DNA of 64,000 bases, taken from IMG/VR virus record IMGVR_UViG_2061766007_000586, positions 160,001 through 224,000 of that record. One strand, written 5' to 3'. The notes under the pieces were generated by a model. The model had not been told where the DNA came from. It saw only the letters and a list, made by a program, of their open reading frames with translations, and did no database searches. Source of the stretch: a virus. Its lineage: Duplodnaviria; Caudoviricetes. This document shows positions 51,128 to 59,353 of this stretch, piece by piece. How positions within the stretch are numbered: position 1 is the first letter of the stretch; each line of letters begins with the position of its first letter. The translations under genes and the position numbers were made by a program.

Positions 51128-51366
51128 GGCATCTTTACTATACTGCTAAGTGATAAAAGCAATAAAAGTTTAGCAACTAAATTTTGCATCGCAACGTCAT
51201 CGAAAGGTTTAAACGATCAAGCTTGTTCCATATTCTTTATCGCTGCAGAATACGGACAGCGGTTGAGATTTCCTCAGCAGCATTAACTGGGTTAACAAAA
51301 AGTAGCATAGTGCTTTTAAGGTAATGACTGTGACCTTTGAAAGCACTTAAATATAGTAAAGATACC
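51128..51366 (-). ncRNA. Candidate ~240-nt multibranch structured RNA
   Basis: 12-bp closing stem atctttactata/tatagtaaagat, several internal hairpins, promoter motif at 51420. Confidence 0.5.
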
Positions 51367-51490
51367 ATAGAAAAAGGCGCAGTTGTGGCCAAAATCAACA
51401 AAGTCACAACTACATTTTAGGAATATATAGTTAAAGATATATTGAAAAAAATAACCTGCTCTCCATATGGAGAGCAGGTTACAAGATGGC

Positions 51491-52159
51491 TTAACCGAAA
51501 TACCAGAAGCCACCATCTCTGGCTTTCTGAATCAAAACATTTCCTCTCATTCCGACAAAGCGGGGAATATCATCGTCTTTTTCGATATTCCATACCCTGA
51601 TTCGACCTCCTGGATAGAGTTCGATATGTCTGAACGGTATTAATCCGTTGAGATGAAGAGTGCCGAAGACTCGGCACATATCGAGCTTGCTTCCATGTGT
51701 TCCATCAATGGTGATCTCCCCTGAAGCTTGGACGGTCAACTTTTCGATTTCTGCATTGTGAACATTTGCCACTCCACTGATTTCGACCTCATCAAGGAGC
51801 AGATCGCTGTGGACGAATGCTTTGCCGTCTTCAGCATCATCGTGAAACCAGTTCGCGATAACATTGCTGAAACGAGGAGTTTTCAGCTTTTTGATATGAG
51901 TTCCATATAGCCGAATGAGTTGAACAGAGCGCCATTCGTCTTTTTCGTTTCCTTCGATTTCGTTGGTGTCCATAAGCCAAGCTTCCTGGGAGAATTCGAT
52001 TTCTTCGAATTCGCCACGGAAAATCGTAGCATCTCTGCGATTTATTTCAATTTTTTCTGCAGATTTGCAATCGACAAAGTCGAAGGACGTGATCAGTTTA
52101 CCGTTTCGATTGATTTCGGCCTGATCAATATTTCTGTTTTCATAGGCTTGAGTATACAT
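51491..52159 (-). CDS. Hypothetical protein with a beta-helix-like C-terminus
   Basis: AAGGAG RBS; repeat pattern; terminator at 51452-51481. Confidence 0.55.
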   Translation of the reverse strand: MYTQAYENRNIDQAEINRNGKLITSFDFVDCKSAEKIEINRRDATIFRGEFEEIEFSQEAWLMDTNEIEGNEKDEWRSVQLIRLYGTHIKKLKTPRFSNVIANWFHDDAEDGKAFVHSDLLLDEVEISGVANVHNAEIEKLTVQASGEITIDGTHGSKLDMCRVFGTLHLNGLIPFRHIELYPGGRIRVWNIEKDDDIPRFVGMRGNVLIQKARDGGFWYFG

Positions 52160-52172
52160 GATTTCTCCTTTG

Positions 52173-52613
52173 TTAGAGTACGATCATTGAATTTGTAAAC
52201 TCTTTCAGCAGATTGATCTTCTCCTGAAGAGGTTTTCCGTCGAAGTAACGACCGGAACATTTGAGATCCGGAATCCTTGCAACGAGATCTTTCAAAGTTG
52301 AGACATAGTCCTGACTGGCTGTTGGATCCATTGTGGTTCTGATTTTGTTTGCATAGCCTTCTGCGTAAAAGAGCATATAAGTGATTTGGTGTTCTATCAC
52401 CTTCTGCTCTAACGTCAAAAGAGGATTGTGAGGATCTTTCCACGCCGGTCCAAAATAGGCCGACGGGGATTTGAAATTTACAGGAATCATTTCCAGAATT
52501 CTGTTGTAATACTCACAGAGTTTCGCTTTTTCCGATATTTCATGTGTGGTGATGATCTCGCTTTTAAGGTTGTCGAGAACCTCAACCATGGTGTGAACGG
52601 TCGAGTCTAACAT
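52173..52613 (-). CDS. Hypothetical protein
   Basis: 146-aa ORF with an RBS. Confidence 0.55.
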   Translation of the reverse strand: MLDSTVHTMVEVLDNLKSEIITTHEISEKAKLCEYYNRILEMIPVNFKSPSAYFGPAWKDPHNPLLTLEQKVIEHQITYMLFYAEGYANKIRTTMDPTASQDYVSTLKDLVARIPDLKCSGRYFDGKPLQEKINLLKEFTNSMIVL

Positions 52614-52744
52614 AGGTTTACTCCTTATTATATTTGTTTAAAATTTCTTGGCAACGAAGATCACAACCAACGCAGTTATATGCGTAGCAGTAGTTTTCGT
52701 AAAGCTGCCGAAGTTCTTTACTTTGAAGTTCATCCGCTTGATTT

Positions 52745-53203
52745 TCAGAAGATTTCATCTTCGTAATTCTGAGGATTATCCTCAGAATAATCTGCTTGAG
52801 ATTCATAGTAATCCTCCATTCGGTCAAAATCATCATCGGGCAAATCCAGATCATCGAATGTATCCATGACTAGAGAAAGGATGTTGATTTTGGTTTTTTC
52901 TTTGACTTCGCTAAGCCAAGCTTCCTGACATCGACCTCTGAGAAGATTTAATTCTCTTCTTTGAGGACGAGACATATGCCTACCAGCATGAGCTAAGGCG
53001 AACATAATGGGTTTGAGTTTTTTCTCATACTTGTGGCAGATGTCAGCTTGTTCTTTTACGATCTTACCCAGTCTGTCTTGTTCGTCTGGAGTCTTGGCGT
53101 TGAAATGATGTACACACATATTGTTGTAAACACGACTACTTATTTCATAGCCATGCATGTACATTTTTGCGATGGCGAGTTTATAAGAGATTTGGTTTTT
53201 CAT
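52745..53203 (-). CDS. Hypothetical protein with an acidic tail
   Basis: AGGAG RBS. Confidence 0.55.
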   Translation of the reverse strand: MKNQISYKLAIAKMYMHGYEISSRVYNNMCVHHFNAKTPDEQDRLGKIVKEQADICHKYEKKLKPIMFALAHAGRHMSRPQRRELNLLRGRCQEAWLSEVKEKTKINILSLVMDTFDDLDLPDDDFDRMEDYYESQADYSEDNPQNYEDEIF

Positions 53204-53218
53204 TGTTGTTCTCCTAGA

Positions 53219-53476
53219 TTACATGATGAATTCCCAATCAGATCTGCACTTATATTCTGCAGATTCTCTGATTTCTTCCCAACCGTCCCAACTTATTGGG
53301 GTGTTATTCTTTTTCTGGTTAATCTCCCAAAGGAGTCCTCCTTCCAGAGCATATTTGCATTTTCGAATTACCGGATGGGGAGTTTTCGATACACGAACAG
53401 TTGTGCGTTTAAATTTCAAATAAGCGTACATATGTTCGTGGTTAAGAATGGCCTTTCTTACTTGAACAAATGTCAT
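53219..53476 (-). CDS. Hypothetical protein
   Basis: AAGGAGG RBS; 85 aa. Confidence 0.55.
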   Translation of the reverse strand: MTFVQVRKAILNHEHMYAYLKFKRTTVRVSKTPHPVIRKCKYALEGGLLWEINQKKNNTPISWDGWEEIRESAEYKCRSDWEFIM

Positions 53477-53486
53477 AATGACCTCC

Positions 53487-53621
53487 TTAATCGTTACGTA
53501 CGATGTTGCGGCAAACTTTTAAAAAGCTTGCCCAAGGTTTTCTACATGCACGGCAAATGATGCAGATTATAAGTTCATTAGGAGTAAGAAATCCGTTTTC
53601 AATTCGTTCATGATTATGCAT
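53487..53621 (-). CDS. 44-aa Cys-containing small protein (not in the ORF track)
   Basis: AAGGAG RBS; MHNHERIENGFLTPNELIICIICRACRKPWASFLKVCRNIVRND*; first gene after the promoter motif at 53660. Confidence 0.45.
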   Translation of the reverse strand: MHNHERIENGFLTPNELIICIICRACRKPWASFLKVCRNIVRND

Positions 53622-53981
53622 AATAAATCTCCTTATATTGGTTTTGGGTTTCTATTAATGTTATATATATTTCAAACAAAAAGAAAAACAAAGGTGATCT
53701 CCTTGGGTATTGCTACCCAAGGAGATCGGTGAAGATGAGTTTCTCATACGGGAAAGAACTTTGAACCGCATGAAAGCCTTTTTGTAGAGGATGCATCATA
53801 ACGTCACATAGGAGTATAGTCTAGCTTCATATCAATATTCAATAAGTGTGAGGAACATATTGAATACGGTGGAATGGTCAAAAACCACAAAATACAAAGC
53901 GGTCATGATTGGAACATACTCTACGCATGTCTACTTATGCTACCAGTACCAACCAAACTCGGACTGGAACAAAAGATCAAA

Positions 53982-54056
53982 TGGAGCCAGCTCTCGGATT
54001 CGAACCGAGGACCGATGGTTTACAAAACCATTGCTCTACCACTGAGCTAAGCTGGC
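53982..54056 (-). tRNA. trnT: tRNA-Thr(TGT)
   Basis: Canonical cloverleaf with CCA. Confidence 0.95.
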
Positions 54057-54084
54057 ATATCTTAACTATAAACGTAATATATAG

Positions 54085-54483
54085 TTAAAGTTGTATTGAA
54101 TATGTTTTCTTGTATTTCCATAAGCAGAGACCAAGAAAACATGAAATTAGCAGAGTCATAGTTGTAGAAGTAGATGGTTCACCAACTACCCATACTTCGA
54201 TTAATCCATCAAATGGATCTTCTGCAAAATCTACATTGTAAAAACTTTCAGTAGCATATCCAGCGTAGACTTCGTTTTCCGAATTAACCTTGAAAGTCTT
54301 TAATGAAAACTCTTTATTAAGTGCAAATGATTTAGAGAAGTCGTTTAATTTTGCTACATTAGGAATTACTATTCCTTGAGTTAAATCAATCTTATTATAT
54401 TTCGATAAAGCTTCTGTTAAATCAATTCCAAAAGAAGAAAAAGAAATAAATAAAAACAAAAAGAGAAATAATACTTTTTTCAT
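54085..54483 (-). CDS. Secreted protein with a PEP-CTERM-like C-terminal anchor
   Basis: Signal peptide MKKVLFLFL..; C-terminal GEPS + TM helix + KYKK. Confidence 0.65.
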   Translation of the reverse strand: MKKVLFLFLFLFISFSSFGIDLTEALSKYNKIDLTQGIVIPNVAKLNDFSKSFALNKEFSLKTFKVNSENEVYAGYATESFYNVDFAEDPFDGLIEVWVVGEPSTSTTMTLLISCFLGLCLWKYKKTYSIQL

Positions 54484-54504
54484 AATAGCCCCTCTTATTA
54501 AAAT

Positions 54505-55330
54505 AAAAAAAATCAAGCTAGGTGAGGCTTGACTAGTGTGTATTCACCAATAAGAGTTCATGACGCTCTTACCACACCTTTGTAATCATTCCATGAGCTT
54601 TCAGGTTTGATTACCGTTATCTACCACACAAAGGGACGACAATGTGGTATTGGTTGACTCCTTCCCTGTGGCAGCTGCTTTAACAGCTTTCTCGTCAACT
54701 TTTGAATTCATGCTCGTTTATCAAGGTGTTACCAGAACATAAACGAATGGAGAATTCCTTAGCCATTAATATTGGTGATTACACGTAGGCACTGTAATCA
54801 ATAGTTATTTTAACCCGCAGGTATGTTACTTCGATCCGGACCACGGATTTACTGAACACACAATCGCGACTATCTTTGCACAGGGATCTTAGTCCTGTAC
54901 CTAAGCTCTAGAAAACTGACCGTTCAAGCCCTGAATCGATCAATGGCAACTTATAGGACTTCAGCTTCAAGCAGGATAATTCGTTGGCAATTTCAATCTG
55001 AGCTGCAGCTAACAGCTTAGCCAATATATCTCGAAACCCATCTGCCTTTGCACAGATCCTGATAATGATCTATGCCATCTAGAAGTTCACCATGTTAGGG
55101 TGACATGATGGATGCTGTATGATCCCGTACCGTAGCCTTGCTAGTGGCCAAACGATACACAGCTTTGCTTATTTGCAGCTAATCCTAGGTATAAGCCAGA
55201 CCCAGGTCTACACTTTCTGAGTTGCAATCTCTAAGCGTAGAAATAATGAGTACAGTGATCAAATCGATATTGATCATTTGCATGGAGCAAGTTTTACAGG
55301 CCATTTAAACTAACTGTACTCCTCTAGTTC
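54505..55330 (-). ncRNA. Large, highly structured ncRNA candidate (~820 nt; GOLLD/ROOL-like size and context)
   Basis: No ORF of 60 aa or more, raised GC, more than 12 visible helices, terminal hairpin + T7, tRNA neighbourhood. Confidence 0.65.
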
Positions 55331-55420
55331 GGTCGCATAGTAGGATTCTTAGTTTAACCCACATCTGAAGTGCGTTCGCTTCATGTCTTCGCCCGTCGGT
55401 TACTTAGACGATATGCAACC
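55331..55420 (-). ncRNA. tRNA-like module A
   Basis: GGTTGCATA/TATGCGACC stem, TC-GTCT..AGAC D-arm, TGAAG/CTTCA arm, GTGGG/CCTAC T-arm with an enlarged loop. Confidence 0.6.
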
Positions 55421-55428
55421 ATTTTTTG

Positions 55429-55514
55429 TTGCTGATGAATATTCACAGGGATTCCAACCCTGGTTTCCGTGCTCGGCGTCCTGGCATTAGACGATGAGAT
55501 ATCCATTTCAGCAA
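55429..55514 (-). ncRNA. tRNA-like module B with a miniature anticodon arm
   Basis: Extended acceptor stem, TC-GTCTAATGCCAGGAC D-arm, CCG-AGCA-CGG, CAGGG-TTGGAAT-CCCTG. Confidence 0.6.
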
Positions 55515-55520
55515 TGTCTA

Positions 55521-55589
55521 CGAATATGGCGGGGCTGCTAGTCCCGATTTCCTGCTAAGGTGTCCTCGCTTTAGACGACATCATATCCG
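55521..55589 (-). ncRNA. tRNA-like module C with a miniature anticodon arm
   Basis: CGGATATG/CATATTCG stem, TC-GTCTAAAGCGAGGAC D-arm, CCT-TAGC-AGG, CGGG..CCCG. Confidence 0.55.
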
Positions 55590-55620
55590 TTTTTGACATT
55601 ATAGGAATATATACTTGAAA

Positions 55621-56223
55621 TTAGAATGAATATGGCCACTCGCCAAGCCATGTGATAAATCCAGTACGTTCAAATGCAGGACTGTCATGAACCAATACGC
55701 CAGTCGATGCATCAACGAAAATCAATCCTTGATTATTTCCGTAAATGTACTGAGGATTTGTATCATTCGGACCGAGTTGTTTTCTTAAGATAACTCGTTT
55801 CGTATGTGGCTTAGGATTCTGAGTCAACACTTTCAGATAAGACTCTTTAAATGTAATCGTGACCTTTTCCTTGATGATCGGAACATCTTCTTCAACAATT
55901 AAAGATGGGATCACAAGAACTTCATCCTTCTCTAAAGTATGACGTATCATTACAATATTTACATCATGACTCGTATTACCATCAGAGAGGACTTGAAATA
56001 CATTCGTAATTTCAGCTACATCACTTCCACCACCAATATCGATGTAATTTGCAAGAAGAATACCGCATTCATACCAGCGATAATTCTTGTAAACATCATT
56101 CATGTACTGGAGGTCTTCCTTATTGATGTCTTCAACATTTAAGATACGAGTTGTATCTTGCATTGAAGTGCATGCTGAAGTGAGAAGCATGAGTAATGAA
56201 GCAAGCAATAATAATTTCTTCAT
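55621..56223 (-). CDS. Lipoprotein with a PepSY-like C-terminus
   Basis: Lipobox LTSA-C; FVDASTG; ends with LGEWP; paralog of the next gene. Confidence 0.7.
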   Translation of the reverse strand: MKKLLLLASLLMLLTSACTSMQDTTRILNVEDINKEDLQYMNDVYKNYRWYECGILLANYIDIGGGSDVAEITNVFQVLSDGNTSHDVNIVMIRHTLEKDEVLVIPSLIVEEDVPIIKEKVTITFKESYLKVLTQNPKPHTKRVILRKQLGPNDTNPQYIYGNNQGLIFVDASTGVLVHDSPAFERTGFITWLGEWPYSF

Positions 56224-56242
56224 TGCTTAATTCCTTGAAGAA

Positions 56243-56935
56243 TTATGGCCATTCGCCAAGTGGAGCACCGAGCTTAATTGCTTGACCGAAAGCTGGATTG
56301 ATAGCAGAAACATCACCAGTTACAGCATCAACATAAACCTGAGCACGACTGTTACCAAAAATCCACTGCGGATTAGCGTCCTTAGGACCAACTTCCTTAC
56401 GAAGAGTGCACTTGCGAGAATGCGGCTTAACAATATTGGCCTTCATCATCTTGTCAAATGCTTGCTCAAATGTAACCTTAATAGCTTCATCGTTAAGAGG
56501 ATAATCTTCCATCCAGAAACTATGAATTACAGTTGTTTCAGTCTTTTCGCCAACATGGTTAAACATAACCACATGCACGTCTGCAGATTTCTGGTCTTCT
56601 GCAATATCAACAACCTGGAAGACATTGTTGATTTCGGCTACTTCAGCTGAAGCATTCTCACCATCCATGAAATTCTTGAGGGTGATCTGCGATTCAAAGT
56701 AGCGATAGTCTTTGTTGAACTGAGTAAACATGGCCTGCTTATCAGTAGCAACGACATGCTCGACGTTGAGTGTACCCTTGGGAGCGCCAAGCGGCCAAAG
56801 CGGATCTGGCTTATGACCAAGAGCAGCGTTTTCAGTTGTGGTTTCAGTAGCAGCTGGTGCTGCTTCTTTCTTTTCCTTTTCACATGCGGTGAAAATGAGT
56901 GTAGCTGCGACTGCAGCCATGAGTAATTTCTTCAT
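56243..56935 (-). CDS. Lipoprotein with a PepSY-like C-terminus (paralog)
   Basis: Lipobox IFTA-C; NPQWIFGN, YVDAVTG and LGEWP. Confidence 0.7.
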   Translation of the reverse strand: MKKLLMAAVAATLIFTACEKEKKEAAPAATETTTENAALGHKPDPLWPLGAPKGTLNVEHVVATDKQAMFTQFNKDYRYFESQITLKNFMDGENASAEVAEINNVFQVVDIAEDQKSADVHVVMFNHVGEKTETTVIHSFWMEDYPLNDEAIKVTFEQAFDKMMKANIVKPHSRKCTLRKEVGPKDANPQWIFGNSRAQVYVDAVTGDVSAINPAFGQAIKLGAPLGEWP

Positions 56936-56968
56936 AACGTATTCCTTTCATAAGTTAGGTTAGAAGAT

Positions 56969-57199
56969 TTAGGATTTATTATTTTCTTTTTTCCAGGCTA
57001 TGTAACCCCATATGGCTAATAAGAGTTGTATGATATCTAGTAGACTTCTACTATATACTTTATTATACAGATCTAATATAAGCCACAGAAAATTTCCGAT
57101 AGTCCATAAAATAAAACAAAATTGGATCTTTTTTACATTCAGGATCGTACCGACTAAACAAATGAGTGTAACGATCCATCCATATACAAGAAGAAACAT
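56969..57199 (-). CDS. Small PnuC-like (nicotinamide riboside transporter-like) membrane protein
   Basis: Three TM segments; FILWTIGNFLW and WGYIAWKK. Confidence 0.6.
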   Translation of the reverse strand: MFLLVYGWIVTLICLVGTILNVKKIQFCFILWTIGNFLWLILDLYNKVYSRSLLDIIQLLLAIWGYIAWKKENNKS

Positions 57200-57202
57200 G
57201 TA

Positions 57203-57934
57203 TTATCTTTCTCTGATAAGTTGTTTCTTTTTCCAGGTCATGAATAATCCACCTAATCCGCAAGCAATGAGAAGAGTTGTAATAGGAGCTGGAAGAGGTG
57301 AACCCATTGTTCCACCACCACCTTCTTGAATGATTGGGAGATCGGATGCAGCAGTGAGAAGACCAAAGTTAACTTGATAACCTGTTGAAGCATACATAGT
57401 TAGCTGAGCAACACCAATATTAGGATTCAACTTATCTTCTCTGCCTAACCATCTACTTGTATATTCACCTTCCACAGGTGTCCATGTACCAACAGTCGTA
57501 GTACCATCACTCATCCAAATTTCAATTTCAGAACCTTTACTGAAATCACCAAGGTAATAAGCATTACGATTGTAAGTATGTTTACCTTCATCATCATAGT
57601 AAGTATAACTATCAAATGAAGTTACATTATCACCTAAATCAGTGACGTGATTATTAGTCATATCACCGTTGAGATAATATCCATATTGAGTAATACCATG
57701 ATGAGATAATGTTTCATTTTGGTCACCAGAATAAATGGTGTTTAAGTAATCAGTAAGGTAAATTTTACTATTAGAACTTAACACAAATTTATAGTAACTT
57801 CCTTGGCCCATTCCTTGATTCTGGTCATTTGTGTACCACTTTTGTTCAAGATCATAAGAATCATAAACTTCAGCGGCAGATAAGCTCAGAGTTAATGCTC
57901 CGAGCAATATTGCAAGTAACTTTTTCATATACAT
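57203..57934 (-). CDS. Secreted protein with a GSPLP (PEP-CTERM-like) sorting signal
   Basis: Signal peptide; C-terminal GGGGTMGSPLPAP + TM helix + WKKK. Confidence 0.75.
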   Translation of the reverse strand: MYMKKLLAILLGALTLSLSAAEVYDSYDLEQKWYTNDQNQGMGQGSYYKFVLSSNSKIYLTDYLNTIYSGDQNETLSHHGITQYGYYLNGDMTNNHVTDLGDNVTSFDSYTYYDDEGKHTYNRNAYYLGDFSKGSEIEIWMSDGTTTVGTWTPVEGEYTSRWLGREDKLNPNIGVAQLTMYASTGYQVNFGLLTAASDLPIIQEGGGGTMGSPLPAPITTLLIACGLGGLFMTWKKKQLIRER

Positions 57935-57956
57935 TCCTTTAATTTAAAATTAAAAA

Positions 57957-58033
57957 TGGCGAAGGCGAGGAGACTCGAACTCCCAACACCTACCGTGACA
58001 GGGTAGTGCCCTAACCGATTGAGCGACGCCTTC
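57957..58033 (-). tRNA. trnD: tRNA-Asp(GTC)
   Basis: Cloverleaf, CTACC-CT-GTC-AC-GGTAG, G-CCA. Confidence 0.93.
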
Positions 58034-58038
58034 GCAAA

Positions 58039-58114
58039 TGGCTCCCCAACTAGGACTCGAACCTAGGACATACAGATTAACAGTCTGCCGTTCTACCAAC
58101 TGAACTATTGGGGA
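58039..58114 (-). tRNA. trnN: tRNA-Asn(GTT)
   Basis: Cloverleaf, GCAGA-CT-GTT-AA-TCTGT, G-CCA. Confidence 0.95.
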
Positions 58115-58200
58115 GTATGTATAAGATAATCGTACTGTCACATACTATTAATATATGAATACAAAAAAAGAAATGGGGCTATTTAAATAGCCCCAGTGTG

Positions 58201-58380
58201 TTAGTCGATTTTTTCAACTCTCACAAATTTAAGATCATATCGCTCTTGAAACTTACACTTGCATTGTTTACAAGTGTAGATACGAGAAATAGGAGCTTTT
58301 GTTCCTTCTCCACTGTCTTCAGTTTTTACATGTTTTGTATCCCATGATGAACATGAAGGGCAAAGAACAGCTCTACTCAT
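58201..58380 (-). CDS. 59-aa zinc-ribbon protein (not in the ORF track)
   Basis: MSRAVLCPSC...YTCKQCKCKFQE; AAGGAG RBS; coupled to the upstream ORF. Confidence 0.65.
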   Translation of the reverse strand: MSRAVLCPSCSSWDTKHVKTEDSGEGTKAPISRIYTCKQCKCKFQERYDLKFVRVEKID

Positions 58381-58613
58381 GCTGTAACTCCTTTCTGTTT
58401 CATACGACGCCTGCTCAGTTCTTCTGCAAAAACGTTATTGGTTGTTCCACAATTCTTGCAGGCAAGCATAGCTTGCACCAATTTCCAATCAGGAGCAGTA
58501 TGAATATTTTCAATGAGATTTTCAACATAAGGATCCTGCGGTATAGCAGGATCCTTATCATTGATGTCCTTACGAGGACCGAATTTAGAAAATAGTTTCG
58601 TCAGAATCGACAT
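58377..58613 (-). CDS. Small hypothetical protein
   Basis: Likely start MSILTKLF after GGAG. Confidence 0.5.
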   Translation of the reverse strand: MSILTKLFSKFGPRKDINDKDPAIPQDPYVENLIENIHTAPDWKLVQAMLACKNCGTTNNVFAEELSRRRMKQKGVTA

Positions 58614-59340
58614 TATTTTCTTCTCCAATTGAATACTCAGAAATATCCTTGGGCATCTCAGTAGGAAGTGCTAAATAATTGGATATGCTTTCTATGAACG
58701 AAAGATTAGGATCTACACCTTCCGGAACTATAGATGAGAGACGCAACTTGCCACCTAAACCATAATTATTCAAAATACGATTAACATATTTCTGTGTTAA
58801 AGGATCTTTGAATTGAATGGATGCTAACTGCCCTAAGAAGTGAATATTGTTGTTAAGTAACAAATTCAAAAGCCCAACATCTATTCGCATACTTGTAAGA
58901 GGCATGCGAATGGTAGATACATCAGCAGAAGTAATCTTTCTGGAGAATCTAGTTCCGTTAGGCATATTGTATTCTACTTTTAGAGTAATATCTGTTCCGA
59001 GCAGTTCAGAAAGAGATGGTGCAGACGCTCTATGAGGTGGAAATCCAACAGTTGGCGGAGACATCGGCGTTCCGAAGAATGGCATTCCAATGTTTCCTGG
59101 AAAAGTCCATCCACCAGGAGGTGTACCAAATGGAGATGTTGTGGGTTTAAGTACGGAAATGAGTGTACGAAGATCTCGTGCGATGCATTTCAACGACACA
59201 ATAAGTTCTTCAAACATTTTCCGATCAACTTCGATAGTGGAAGATTTTTCAGAATGACAACAACATTTCTTTGTTGAGTCTAACAGTTCACTCGGTTCTT
59301 TACGAGTACGTTTTGTTTCATCAACGGTTTTCTTAGGCAT
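58585..59340 (-). CDS. Protein with an RNA polymerase alpha-CTD-like domain
   Basis: IRMPLTSMRIDVGLLNLLLNNNIHFLGQL...VNRILNNYGL resembles alphaCTD [28 protein letters not shown]...IKDVLASRGL. Confidence 0.5.
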   Translation of the reverse strand: MPKKTVDETKRTRKEPSELLDSTKKCCCHSEKSSTIEVDRKMFEELIVSLKCIARDLRTLISVLKPTTSPFGTPPGGWTFPGNIGMPFFGTPMSPPTVGFPPHRASAPSLSELLGTDITLKVEYNMPNGTRFSRKITSADVSTIRMPLTSMRIDVGLLNLLLNNNIHFLGQLASIQFKDPLTQKYVNRILNNYGLGGKLRLSSIVPEGVDPNLSFIESISNYLALPTEMPKDISEYSIGEENNVDSDETIF

Positions 59341-59353
59341 AAATGTGTATTCC

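Noticed and set aside
53487-53621. Prepilin-like N-terminus (GF..xELIICII)
   Set aside because: The spacing does not match GFTLxE and the hydrophobic segment is too short.
54505-55330. RNase P RNA, tmRNA or group I intron as the identity of the large non-coding region
   Set aside because: I found no GAGGAAAGTCC/CGGCTTA P4 motifs, no tmRNA ends (GGGG..GATTCGAC / TCCACCA) and no interrupted host gene or clear P7 core by eye.
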